64,000 bases of DNA from Naegleria gruberi (taxonomy: Eukaryota), in NCBI GenBank assembly GCA_000004985.1, contig GG738891.1; one strand, 5' to 3'. The notes below the pieces were generated by a model, which did no database searches, had not been told where the DNA came from, and saw only the letters and a program-made list of their open reading frames with translations. The position numbers and the translations under genes are program-made. Shown here piece after piece: positions 42,788 through 54,000 of the stretch (its first letter is position 1; each line of letters begins with the position of its first letter).

Positions 42788-43789
42788 ATGTTTACCTTCG
42801 AAGACGAAGAAGCTGAACAAGGTTTTCCATTTGAAAACTCAACCCCAGAGCAAATTATTAACCATCTACAAACTCATGACCATCCTGAAACAATCATCAA
42901 TTCTCAACAAGTGCTTATCATGGCTGTTGAGAATTGTAAAGATTGTTATGAACAGGGAGAAGAGGAAGACTACGTGGAATGGTTCAAATTATGTGAATAT
43001 TTAACATCCAAAAGTGGAGTTAATATTAATGTTTGTAGATGTATTGAAGATGACTATGATTATCCATTATCAATTGCCATTGAATCGTGCGATTTAAAAT
43101 TGATAGAATTGATACTCTCTCATGGAGCTGATCCAAATAATGGAGCTGGTTTCAGATGTAGAAATGTAATGATTAACCTTGCAATTCAAGAAGGATCGAT
43201 GGATATTTTGAAATTATTGCTAAAATATGGAGCTGATGTCAACAAATTCAATACAGTGCATTGTGGAAGATTCTCTCCATGGAATTGTGCCTATTCGAAT
43301 CAAGAGTTTGAAATATTGGATTTTCTCCTAAATCTTCCAAATATTTCTCTAAAGAATTCAAGAATTTTTCATGAAGCTTCTGCGAATGGAGATGTGAAAA
43401 TGGTTGAATTATTAATTAAGAATCATTTTCCAATTTTGGATTTGAATCATGGTAATTATTCAACTCCATTATTTGAAGCATGTAAGGGACAATTCGTTGA
43501 AGTTGTGAAATTACTTGTTCCTCTGCCAGGAATTGACATTAATTTGGGAAGCTATTCTGGAAGAATGGAAACACCTTTACAAAATGCAATTCGAAATTCA
43601 AATATTGAAATTGTCAGTTTGCTAATTTCACACGGAGCCATATTTACAGAATCTGATAGTTTGGAAGCACATAATAATGCAGGTATCAATCTTTATCAAA
43701 TCAAACTTCAAACACAACCAGTTTCGCAACTTCAAAAATTGCTACATTCTAACCTTGCACTTTCTGACACCACATTCGAATATCAATAA
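42788..43789 (+). CDS. Ankyrin-repeat protein, 333 aa.
   Basis: Repeated ankyrin blocks are present (PLSIAIESCDLKLIELILSHGADPNN, MDILKLLLKYGADVN, NIEIVSLLISHGA). ATG is at 42788. Confidence 0.6.
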   Translation: MFTFEDEEAEQGFPFENSTPEQIINHLQTHDHPETIINSQQVLIMAVENCKDCYEQGEEEDYVEWFKLCEYLTSKSGVNINVCRCIEDDYDYPLSIAIESCDLKLIELILSHGADPNNGAGFRCRNVMINLAIQEGSMDILKLLLKYGADVNKFNTVHCGRFSPWNCAYSNQEFEILDFLLNLPNISLKNSRIFHEASANGDVKMVELLIKNHFPILDLNHGNYSTPLFEACKGQFVEVVKLLVPLPGIDINLGSYSGRMETPLQNAIRNSNIEIVSLLISHGAIFTESDSLEAHNNAGINLYQIKLQTQPVSQLQKLLHSNLALSDTTFEYQ

Positions 43790-43835
43790 GAAGCATTCAA
43801 TTTAGTGTAAATATCAATAAATCTTTTTATATAAA

Positions 43836-44624
43836 TCAAACACTAACTTCCTTAATATTTGAATCAATATTTCTCAATCTTACAACACCAGAAACACAAC
43901 AAACAGTACAACAAATAACTCCAATGCATGCAAATATAGAAAATATGATCAAGAATGGAAGAAAGTAACGACCATGTGAATTGGGGATGAAATTATATCC
44001 AGTTGTGAAGAAGGAAACATAAATAAATATAAATTCCCATACGAAAACCAACATTCCCAAACTTAGAAAAACAACATGCAACAATGAAAATCTTGCAGTT
44101 TTGGTTGAATTTTGTTTGGTGGATAAAACTCCAAAAACACCACTCAAAATCAACAAGATTGCATTCAATGCCAACAATGGGAATTTCACAAAACTGACAG
44201 CAGGTGCATTGTGTGGACTTCCATTCGGATAAGTTGATGATGAATAATAAATTGCTCCAGCAATTAAATCTGCAAGAAGAAACATGGTAATAATTGCAGT
44301 TCCAATGAATAAAAGAATGGAGCCAATTGCAATGACTTTGGTTGTCTTGGGATTTTCATCATTTGCATTGTAAGCATGTTGAGGTGGTGAGGAGGAAACA
44401 ATATTCGAATCAATATCCGAATGAATAAGTGATTCTTGTTGATAGAGAAGAGGAGCAGAACTCTTCTCATATGGTTGTTGTGGTTGTTGTTGTTGATAAC
44501 TAACAGTATTACCTTGAAGATGTGGATACATTTTTTTTTTGACTTGATTGACAAGATTTGCTTTTCGTGCAGTTGAATTTATTTCACCTTCTTTATAAAG
44601 AATTAAAAAACGTTCTAAACACAT
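43836..44624 (-). CDS. Four-transmembrane membrane protein with a Gln-rich N-terminus. Function unknown.
   Basis: There are four hydrophobic about-21-aa segments. The last contains CCTVCCVSG. Two possible ATG starts exist, at 44624 and at a downstream MYPHLQ after an A9 run. Confidence 0.4.
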   Translation of the reverse strand: MCLERFLILYKEGEINSTARKANLVNQVKKKMYPHLQGNTVSYQQQQPQQPYEKSSAPLLYQQESLIHSDIDSNIVSSSPPQHAYNANDENPKTTKVIAIGSILLFIGTAIITMFLLADLIAGAIYYSSSTYPNGSPHNAPAVSFVKFPLLALNAILLILSGVFGVLSTKQNSTKTARFSLLHVVFLSLGMLVFVWEFIFIYVSFFTTGYNFIPNSHGRYFLPFLIIFSIFACIGVICCTVCCVSGVVRLRNIDSNIKEVSV

Positions 44625-45712
44625 TCTGTGCTCCTTCTAATGTTCCAGCTAGAAAGTCAAGCAAGTTATTGTAAGTTCGTCCACTACAGCAAAGTTATGA
44701 GAAAAAGGCAATCAATAAAATATTGTGATTTTTGACCAATCAATTTTTGGCTGGATTTTGATCATGATATTAAAGCTGTGCACTACTACATAAAACTGAG
44801 ACCAGGTAGGAGTACACACAATACATCAAATCGTTCTAGATGATCTCTAGAATTTGATTTTTGATAGCGTGAGATTCTAGTAACTATAATTTTGGAATTT
44901 GAATTGTTTTTAAGAAAAAAGAATCATTTTGGCCCAGTTTCTTGCTGAAGGTGAGTTTGGATGAAGAGTTAGAAACACACTTATATACGTAATACTGGTT
45001 TTGTGAAGAGGAGTTTTTCGCTCTTATTGAAATTTTAGAAGATCTTGCAAGAAAATAGAACCACTTTGGAAAGGGCAAGTAAATTTTGAAATAATTGACA
45101 AGAGAACCATGAGAAATCTTCAGACGGTGGTTGAAAAAATTGTTTTCAAATTGAGTTCAAGATCATTAGAAAAAGAATCGAAATTTACCGTGAAGTGGAA
45201 CATTGAAAAGTGTTTTCTCATATCTGATACCCTCCTATTATCACAAGCTTTCTCATCAAGACATAATGCCCTAAATCTTATAAGATTGAAATTCCTCTTC
45301 AAAGTCATCAATCTATTTCAATAAATAACAATAAAAATGGTTAAACTCCAACATCATGGTGATAAAGATAGTGAACTTCCCGATTAATTCAAGTATTAAT
45401 TTAAATCTGCATTTTGTAATTGCACTACTATTCATCCCCTTTGTAAACTCTCAATACCCATCCTTCAACAAATCCCATTGAATTTGAATTTCCAATCAAC
45501 ACCTATTCTTTCAAGATCTCTAAATTGCAATCAGATTCACAAATTCCATGTCACTTCATCATCAACTTCATATGAATGAATTAAATTTTCAATAAATATT
45601 TGAAAATGCACAATTTTAAAATAAAGGCCTCTCCTCAAAAAAATATCTCAACACCTTTAAACGCCACACTCCCTAACCGAGCAATATTAGTAGTCATATA
45701 TAAAACAGCAAG

Positions 45713-46635
45713 ATGAGTTCTCTCCCAACAACTTTCCCTACTGAATTTTTACATTCTCACACTCAAGTTAAGAAGAAGGAAGAGGATGTAACTACAAGTT
45801 TGTTCTCAAAGAAAGCCGAAAAGGAAAAGGAAATTGCTACAGTCCAAAGATTGGTTTCCTATGTTAATAATTTTAAAACTCCATCAAAGCAACCATTTAT
45901 TATTGGTGTTTGTGGTGGTAGTGCTTCTGGTAAAACAACTGTCTGTAGAGAAATTGTCAAGAGTTTGTCCGATAAGAGAGTTGTCGTTGTTTCTCAAGAT
46001 AGTTTCTATAGAAATTTGAATGAAGAAGAACGTGAACTTGCCAGAAATAACGTTTATGATTTTGATCATCCAGGTATGTGCTCTTGATTGTCATCATTTT
46101 GAAAATTAATTTTTCAATAATTAGATGCTTTTGATTATGAAGCCTTTGAGGAAACAACCAGAGAATTGAAGGCTGGTAATCCTGTCGATATACCAGTTTA
46201 TGATTTCAAGACTCACTCTAGAACAACTGAAACTGAACCTGTTGAAGGTGCCGATGTCATCATTATTGAAGGTATTCTCATCTTCTTCACCAAGGAAATG
46301 AGAGAATTGATGGATATGAAGATTTTCGTTGATACCGATGCAGATGTTAGATTGGCCAGAAGAAGTATGTAATAATTAGTAATATTAATAGTAATTATAA
46401 TAATAATATTTAAATAGTTAGAAGAGATACAAAGGAAAGAGGACGTGATCTTGAAGGAGTTTTGCTTCAATATGAAAGATTTGTCAAGCCATCATTTGAT
46501 GATTACATTATGCCTACAAAGAAGTATGCTGATATTATCATTCCAAGAGGTGGTGCTAATACTGTTGCTATTGATTTGCTCACCCAACACATTCATCTCA
46601 AGTTGTTGGTTTTGAGTGATAGTGCTTCTAAATAA
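45713..46635 (+). CDS. Uridine-cytidine kinase with three exons. Exons are 45713..46073, 46125..46364 and 46418..46635.
   Basis: The P-loop reads [21 protein letters not shown] and DFDHP|DAFD are joined across a 51-nt GTATGT..AATTAG intron. [11 protein letters not shown] is present. [11 protein letters not shown]|[25 protein letters not shown] is joined across a 53-nt intron. All blocks are classic UCK. Confidence 0.8.
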
Positions 46636-46712
46636 GTTTACAAAATTCTCATAATTATTTGAGAAAATGGAAAAGAATTCTTGTAAATAATTGTTTTAAT
46701 ATGAAATAAAAA

Positions 46713-47188
46713 ATGACAAATTCAACAACTCCAAAACAACCCTACAGAAGAGGAAGAAATTTTTTCACTAGAGCACTGTTTCATCCGAATACTTATTATC
46801 TGGTGCAATATGGTGGTTTGCTCACAATTTCTTATTTGATTTTAATTAAAACAAATTGGAAAGAAGGAACAATATTTTATGATGTGAGTTTTTGAAGAAT
46901 GAATTAGTGTACAATAATAATATCGGAAATTGGATTTTAATATTCATCATCATCTATTATAATTTATTTAATTGAATGAAAATATTTTGATTGAATTTTT
47001 ATCGGATTTAATTTTGATTGAATGATGTATTTAAATATTTGGAAATATTAATAATATTAATAACAATATTGGAAAAAATATAGTTTAAACAATATTTACA
47101 AGAAAAGAGAAGAAATTTACTTTCAATGAGTGAGGAAGAAATTCAAAAACAAAAGGAACTTCTCAAATTATCCAAAGAATCTAAATAG
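46713..47188 (+). CDS. Small single-pass membrane protein, about 92 aa, with two exons. Exons are 46713..46883 and 47084..47188. Function unknown.
   Basis: Exon 1 ends at a GTGAGT donor. A 200-nt AT-rich intron ends in ATATAG and continues in frame into FKQYLQEKRRNLLSMSEEEIQKQKELLKLSKESK, then stop. One TM segment is present (LLTISYLILI). Confidence 0.3.
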
Positions 47189-47216
47189 CCAATTATTATT
47201 AAATTATTTAAATCAA

Positions 47217-48633
47217 TTATTTTACATAAACTCTCTTCAATCTAGGTAATAAAGCAGTTACAACTTCATAGTTAATAGTATTGGACCAGTGTGACACCAT
47301 TTCACATGTCACTTCCTTACCATCTTGTTCACCAATTAAGACTACTTCATCATTGATTTTAACTCTATCTACAACAGTTGGAGAAATTTTAACTACAAAT
47401 TGATCCATGCAAATTCTACCAACTATTGGACACTCTTCACCTCTAATTAATACGTGGGCCTTACCAGTATTAATTCTCTTGTATCCATCTCCATAACCAA
47501 CTGGGACTAATGCAAGGGTTTCGTCATCCTCTGCAACTGTATAGGTATTTCCGTATGAAACTGGTGATCCCTTTGGGAATTTTTGAACTCTTCCAAGGTG
47601 CGAAACAACAGTGAGAGCAGGTTTCAATTTGAATGGAAGTCTTGGATCATCTCTATCATTACTTGGTGAAAGTCCATAAATTGAAATACCTGGTCTAATC
47701 ATATCCATGTGCATTTCTGGGAAGAATAGAGTTCCAGCACTATTGCAACAATGGTAAGTGAGTGGCTTTTCAAAAACTCTTGAAACTTGATGATTTTCAA
47801 TCATTTTCTTCACCTCCATGAATTTATAAAATTGCTCTCTCGTATAGTCTGGGCTCATCTCATCAGCACTTGAAAAGTGTGTAAATACTCCTGTAATTTT
47901 GATTCTATTGTACAATTTCATTGGATTAATAGTGAACCATCTCAAGAAATTTTCCAATTTTTCAGGATGAGCTCCAAATCTTCCCATTCCAGTATCAACC
48001 TTCAAATGTACATTAATGGTTTTATCTTGTTTTTCACATTCTCTAAACAGAGTTTCAACAATTAATCTACTGCCTGAAATAGTTGGAGTTAAATTGTAAG
48101 TGACACATTCCTTCACCTCCTCTGGAATGGCATAACCCAACACTAGAATTTCAATATTTGCATTTTCCTTACTCAAATTACTACGAATTTTAACACCTTC
48201 CTTCACTCTATTTACTGCAAATTGTTTAATTGACAATTCATTGTAAAGTTCCCTGACAACTGGTGTATCTCCGTGTCCTATAATATCATGAAATCATGAA
48301 ATTGGATTCGTCGTATGAGTGAAATTGTCATCACATCCGAAATTAATTTTTTCATCATTAACAAATATACATCATGAGAATATTTTCAACATCATGATTA
48401 AATATATTCCGATCCATAATTTACCTACCATAGGCATTGGCTTTAACCACTGGCATTACGTGAATATCCTGATTGTAGTTTTTAGCAAAATTTACAGTAT
48501 TTTCCACATTTTCAGTGATATTCCTCAAATTCACAATCGCACACGAAGTTGATTGTAGTTTTCGTGGCACATTGGACAAGGTTGTTCCCAAATGTTTTAA
48601 CAAGTTGGATGTTGTTGTTCCTTGTTTCATCAT
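47217..48633 (-). CDS. alr: Alanine racemase (bacterial-type PLP enzyme) with two exons. Exons are 48633..48429 and 48277..47217.
   Basis: The PLP-lysine motif VVKANAYG|HGD is split by a 151-nt GTAGGT..TATAG intron and restored in frame. HLKVDTGMGRFG, VPVGYGDGY and GRICMDQ are canonical Alr blocks. The protein is about 427 aa. Confidence 0.8.
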
Positions 48634-49282
48634 TTTTTTTCTGAGCAAATTGTTTGTTTACTTTCTTAAATTTGGACAATTTGTGAAAAGTTACTTATCG
48701 AGAGAAGATGATTGTAATTGCATTAGATTGGCATTGTTAATAGTGTGAATATTAAATGTTTATTTCAATAGATGTATTTATGAAATTGACTAATTCATGT
48801 TCATGTGAAAATTTGTGAATTTTAGTAGAAAATTGACTCAGTCAAGAAGAATTACACTCGTGAGGGTTGCAATCCTCTCAATAATATGGCGAATTTCATT
48901 TCATATTGAACTTTCACAATATGTTCATTGTAATCAAGTAATTTAATATATTTAAAAATCTTAACATTCAATCCTTTCCCATCTCTCAATTTAATCCATC
49001 CTCATGTCCCTTCCAAATTCTCCTATAATTATTCATCTCAATATTCTAAACATTTTCCTCCTCCCTAAACAGCAATTGCTTCTTCCTGAACATTCACCCA
49101 ACAAACCAACAGCAACAACAACCATATGAAAGATCATCATCCTCACCACCACCAACCAAGCAACCTTATCAACAAACCAATCAAGTCATTCACCACCCAC
49201 TCTCTATCCAACCACCAAATATCACTTCTTATCAAAAGACAAAGAAAAACCAATTGCTCTTGAATTTTTAAATAGATAAAAA

Positions 49283-50983
49283 ATGTTGTCATCATCATCG
49301 GGTGCTGATAATAACAACAAAAGCAGTAATAATAATAATAATAATAGAATGGATAATAGTACTAATAGCAATTGTAGCAACAACAACAACAGTAGCAACA
49401 GTAGCAATAATGTTGGTTTGGGAGGTTCTGGTAGTGCTCTGAAGGGATCGGAGGAGAAGAAGAAACAACAGGCTCCTATTAAAATTCTCAAGAAGAATGA
49501 TTTTAGACAGGATAATGATGAAGAGTTTTCAATGAGTCCAAAGTTAGTTACGAGAGGAGTTTTATCAGTTAAAATTCCACCTGCTAATGTTAATAGTAAT
49601 AATGGATCTCCCCTCCCTTCATATAAGAAGAGTTCAGCCTCGCCTTCAGCATCTTCACCACCAGCATCAGAATTATCTAAAGCTTTAGTATCATCGGAAG
49701 ATCATGATGGTCAAAGTCCATCACCAACAACATCTTCTTCTTATGAGGAGCAAGGAATTGCTGAAAATCATTTTATATTTCTTCCGAATCATAATGAATT
49801 GTTTAATCACTTTGCATTAGATATTGGTGGATCACTTGTCAAGATGGTTTACATGTTACCTTTTAGTGATAATGAATTTATTTATCAAACTCAAGATTCT
49901 GAAAGTAATGAACTTGAAGCTTATTATCATCAAGCTGTTAGTAGTGATGATGAAGAGGTTGATGGACAATTATCCATAAAATCACTTCCTCCACAATCAC
50001 CATTAATCATTTCAAAGGATGTTGATCATTTTTATGAATCTGAAAATGGTGTTAAAAAGAGAGGTTCTAAACTTTGTTTTGCTAGATTCCAAACACAAGA
50101 TATTGAACAATGTTTGAGTTTAATTGAAAAGTTACTGAAATTAGATGAATCAATAACTGGTTCATCAGAAGCTCCTTGTATTAAACATATTAATGCTACT
50201 GGTGGAGGTGCATTCAAGTTTTCAGCACTATTGAAAAATAGATTTGGTTTTGAAGTTAACAAGCTAGATGAAATGGAATCATTGATTAAGGGGTTAAACT
50301 TTTTATTGTTAAATATTCCAAATGAATCATTTACATTCACAAAGGAAAAGAAGAGAGAATACCTTTCTTTCCATGACAAGTTACATACAGATATTTTCCC
50401 ATATTTAATTGTAAATATTGGAAGTGGTGTGAGTATTGTTAGAGTTGATGATGTTGGTAAATTTGAAAGAGTTTCGGGAAGCAGTATTGGTGGAGGTACC
50501 TTCTGGGGTTTATCAAAATTATTAACAGGTTGTAATTCATTTGAGGAATTGTTGAAATTAACCAAGACTGGTGACAACAAAAAGGTTGACATGTTAGTTG
50601 GTGATATTTACGGAAGAGATTATGAAAAAATTGGTTTGAATTCTGATATTATTGCTAGTAGTTTCGGTAAAATGATTCAGTACAAAGCTGGAGAAGGTGA
50701 AGAACCAAAAGATGCCGATCTTGCTAAATCTTTATTATTTATGATTTGTAACAATATTGGTCAAATTGCCTATCTTAATGCTCTCAGATTTGGCCTTAAA
50801 AGAATATTTTTTGCTGGTTACTTTATCAGAAATCACGATGTCACAATGCACTACATTTCCTATGCCATCAACTTTTGGTCTAGGGGTGAAATTTCTGCCA
50901 CTTTTTTGAGACATGAAGGTTATTTGGGAGCAATTGGTTCCTTCCTTTCATCTCCTCAAAAAGATTCAGAAAATTCTGAATAA
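49283..50983 (+). CDS. Pantothenate kinase, type II eukaryotic PanK, with a long Asn/Ser-rich N-terminal extension.
   Basis: FALDIGGSLVKMVY, NATGGGAFKF and IVNIGSGVSIVRV are present. This is the actin-fold eukaryotic PanK (fumble) family. ATG is at 49283 after an A-run. It is a single exon. Confidence 0.8.
   Translation: MLSSSSGADNNNKSSNNNNNNRMDNSTNSNCSNNNNSSNSSNNVGLGGSGSALKGSEEKKKQQAPIKILKKNDFRQDNDEEFSMSPKLVTRGVLSVKIPPANVNSNNGSPLPSYKKSSASPSASSPPASELSKALVSSEDHDGQSPSPTTSSSYEEQGIAENHFIFLPNHNELFNHFALDIGGSLVKMVYMLPFSDNEFIYQTQDSESNELEAYYHQAVSSDDEEVDGQLSIKSLPPQSPLIISKDVDHFYESENGVKKRGSKLCFARFQTQDIEQCLSLIEKLLKLDESITGSSEAPCIKHINATGGGAFKFSALLKNRFGFEVNKLDEMESLIKGLNFLLLNIPNESFTFTKEKKREYLSFHDKLHTDIFPYLIVNIGSGVSIVRVDDVGKFERVSGSSIGGGTFWGLSKLLTGCNSFEELLKLTKTGDNKKVDMLVGDIYGRDYEKIGLNSDIIASSFGKMIQYKAGEGEEPKDADLAKSLLFMICNNIGQIAYLNALRFGLKRIFFAGYFIRNHDVTMHYISYAINFWSRGEISATFLRHEGYLGAIGSFLSSPQKDSENSE
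49327..49346 (+). repeat. (AAT)n coding microsatellite, giving poly-Asn in the PanK N-terminus.
   Basis: Direct tandem triplet. Similar AAT/AAC/CAA tracts occur in many genes (for example 13370-13430 and 4030-4070). Confidence 0.85.
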
Positions 50984-51038
50984 GCTGTAAATATGTATTG
51001 AATTGTATTAAAAGAAATATATTTATTAAATTTACAAT

Positions 51039-54000
51039 TTAAAAGTTCATTGTCATCTTTTTCTTAGGTTGTTTGGCAGCAACTTTCTTTTCTGTCTTGG
51101 CAACAGCTGCTTGTTGTTGTTGTTTTGCAAAATCTTGAATATCCAGTAAAACTGATGAAGGTAAGAGTTGTGAAGTGATTAAGGATTTGAATTGTTCTGG
51201 AGCAACTTTGGTCAATCTGTCAAAACATTGAACTCCAAGAAGGAAGAGTTTGGAAAGGGCATTATTCTTGGCAAATTTAGTTACTTTCACTAACATTGGT
51301 ACAATCATACTCAAATAGCTTTGAATACCTTGAGAAGGTGTATTCAATTCAGCCAAAAGTGAAAAACCAGCCAACAAAATATTGATTGCTGGAGGAGCAA
51401 TCTTATCTGCACCATTAACAACAAGAAGTCTCGATTCTGATGAAAGACTCAGAACAATTTCTTCAGCAATCTTCATAGAATAGAAAACTGAAAGTTTTGC
51501 AAGACCGTTTCTAGCCAAGAATAGAATACCATTCTGAATACCATAAAGTAAGTTGAAAACATTGTCAACTGATTTGGCTTGTTTGATTTGATCAGTTCCG
51601 TGAAGAATTTCAATGTCAGAAGTAATTGCCTTACGAATAGCTGAGACAACATTTTCATGGATTGAAACATCAGAACATAGAGATGAAGAAAGGAAAATAA
51701 ATAATAATTCAACTTCTGGATTGGTAATTAGCTTTCCAGAGGCAACTCTACCAATAATATTTTCAATAGAGGCACTGATTGCTACTTGCCAAATACTGAA
51801 TTTCTCTTCAGCAGAGATGGATTGATCTTTGGATTCACTTTCATTTCTCAATTTTTCGCTTACCTCAATTATGGCTGTTGTGGTATCTAGACCCATGTTT
51901 GATTTGGTGAATTGAATGACTCTACAGGTTGTGTACAACAAAGTTGGGACTACAGCACCAGTAATTGACAAGCCAAAGACTTTAACAATTGTTTTCAAGG
52001 ATTTCATACTATTAGCAATTAAAAGTTTTTGTTCCTTTTCCAATTCAAAAGATCCTAGTTCAAATTCACTGTCTTGTTTGAAGAGATATGGGAAATGAAG
52101 TCTCAATGGCTTTAAGCAAACTTCAGTACTGGTTGTCACAACTGCTTGAGCATTGACTTGATCACTTGAAACAAAGAGAGAAACATCTACACTACTCAAA
52201 ATCTTTTCCAAAAGTTCAAGGCATGCATTATGAAGTTGGAAATGTCTGACTCCTTGAATTTCAATCAATAGCAAGAATACTTCGAAAACTGCTCCAGGAG
52301 CATGGTGATGTTTTTGGAATTGTTTGGTGGCCATTATTTCACCAATAGCTTTAATACACTTGATAGCCTTATCCACATTTCTCTTGTCAGTTCCATATAA
52401 TCCAGAAATTGCAAGACCAATCAATAGAGAATCATTATAGTCAATATCTTCAGCTACAGCTTCAAGACCAGCCTTCTCCTTTGCAAGCGTAATACCATTC
52501 AAAACACTAGCATAAGCTTGCTTGTAGTAGTAGAGTACATTTCTTTCGGTACCTAAAGCAACATAGTAGAATCTGTTAAGATTTTCTTCAGCTTGTTCAT
52601 AAATTGGAGAATATTGATCAGAACTTGATCTGACCAAGATGTTGTCATCCTCTTCGTCTGTTACCACAATTGTCAAGTTGGCAAAATCTTGCAATAAAGT
52701 ATACCAACTAATAAATATATCCTTCATATTTGGTTTAAGGATTTCAATGAGTTCAGTGTTTTGAGTTTCTTGAGCAGCTACATAAATATCAGCAAGAGCA
52801 GCTAATACAGAAACCTTAATCATACAAGTAGTAACCTCACCGCCTGCATTAATAAATAACTTTTCATCAATAACATAATTTACAAGGTAGGAACACATTA
52901 TGGAAAGTAATTTGTTTTGATTTCTAAGCATCTTAGAAGGAATGATTATTGATGAAAGTTGACATGCAACATATACTAGTAGAGGCGAGTTGATTTGTGT
53001 GATAGTTTCACAAACAGCTGTTGTAAATCTAAGTGAATGTTGTTGAAGTAAAACTTCACATGGACTAACTGGATCAAGTACTTCTCCAAAGACATTGTTA
53101 ATATTAATCATTAACACAAGCCCAGCATGTTGAACTGAAATAGTTCCTTTGTTTGTTGCAATAGAACAAATATTGATTATTTTTTCCAAATGATTAACCA
53201 AACAATCCTTGTCAGTATTCTTTAGAGCAACAGCCGCATCAACATGATGTAACTCATCCTTGAGTGTTTCGATAAGTTGTTGTAAACACTTCATGGAGAA
53301 TACCTTTGTTTGCCAACTGAAGGCAACAACTACTGATTTTCTTTCAACAGGAGTATCATCCTTTTCATCAGTATCACTCAACATTACACTTTGACTCTTT
53401 TCTGCTTCTGCTATCTTAGTTTCTGAAGAAACAACTGTAAAAATCAAATTGACCCAATCCTTTGGTGGTATTAATTTGCTTGAAATTAAAGATAAAACAA
53501 TATTCTTAAAGTGATTTTCTTGGTTATTTCCAGAAACATAGCTATCATTTGAACTTTGCGAAAGTGATTGATAGGTGAGAGCTTGTGAAATACTAAAATC
53601 AATTGAATCAATGATTTGGAACAATTCTTCAGGTGAGAAGTATTTAGAAATAAGTTCTGGCCTTTGGTCACAAATAATCTTGATACATTGACCAATCTCG
53701 TTTTGTATGTTTTCTATGTACAATCTTTCCTTCTTTGTGGAGAGTACTTGCTTCAAATATTGAACAATCATTTCAAAATCAGAAATCATATATGGTGTAA
53801 AAATGATAGCTCTTTGCATCAGTCTAACAAATTCAATTAGTAATCCATCGGTAATATCCAATTCAGAGGTGGTTAAAGTGGCATTCATAATGTCAGTAAT
53901 AAAGTATTGGAAAATCTTATCGAATGGAAGATTTCTGAGTTGCAAAAGCTCTGGGCCCAAACCAATCAATGCTCGCATAATTTTACAAACTCCAGTCATA

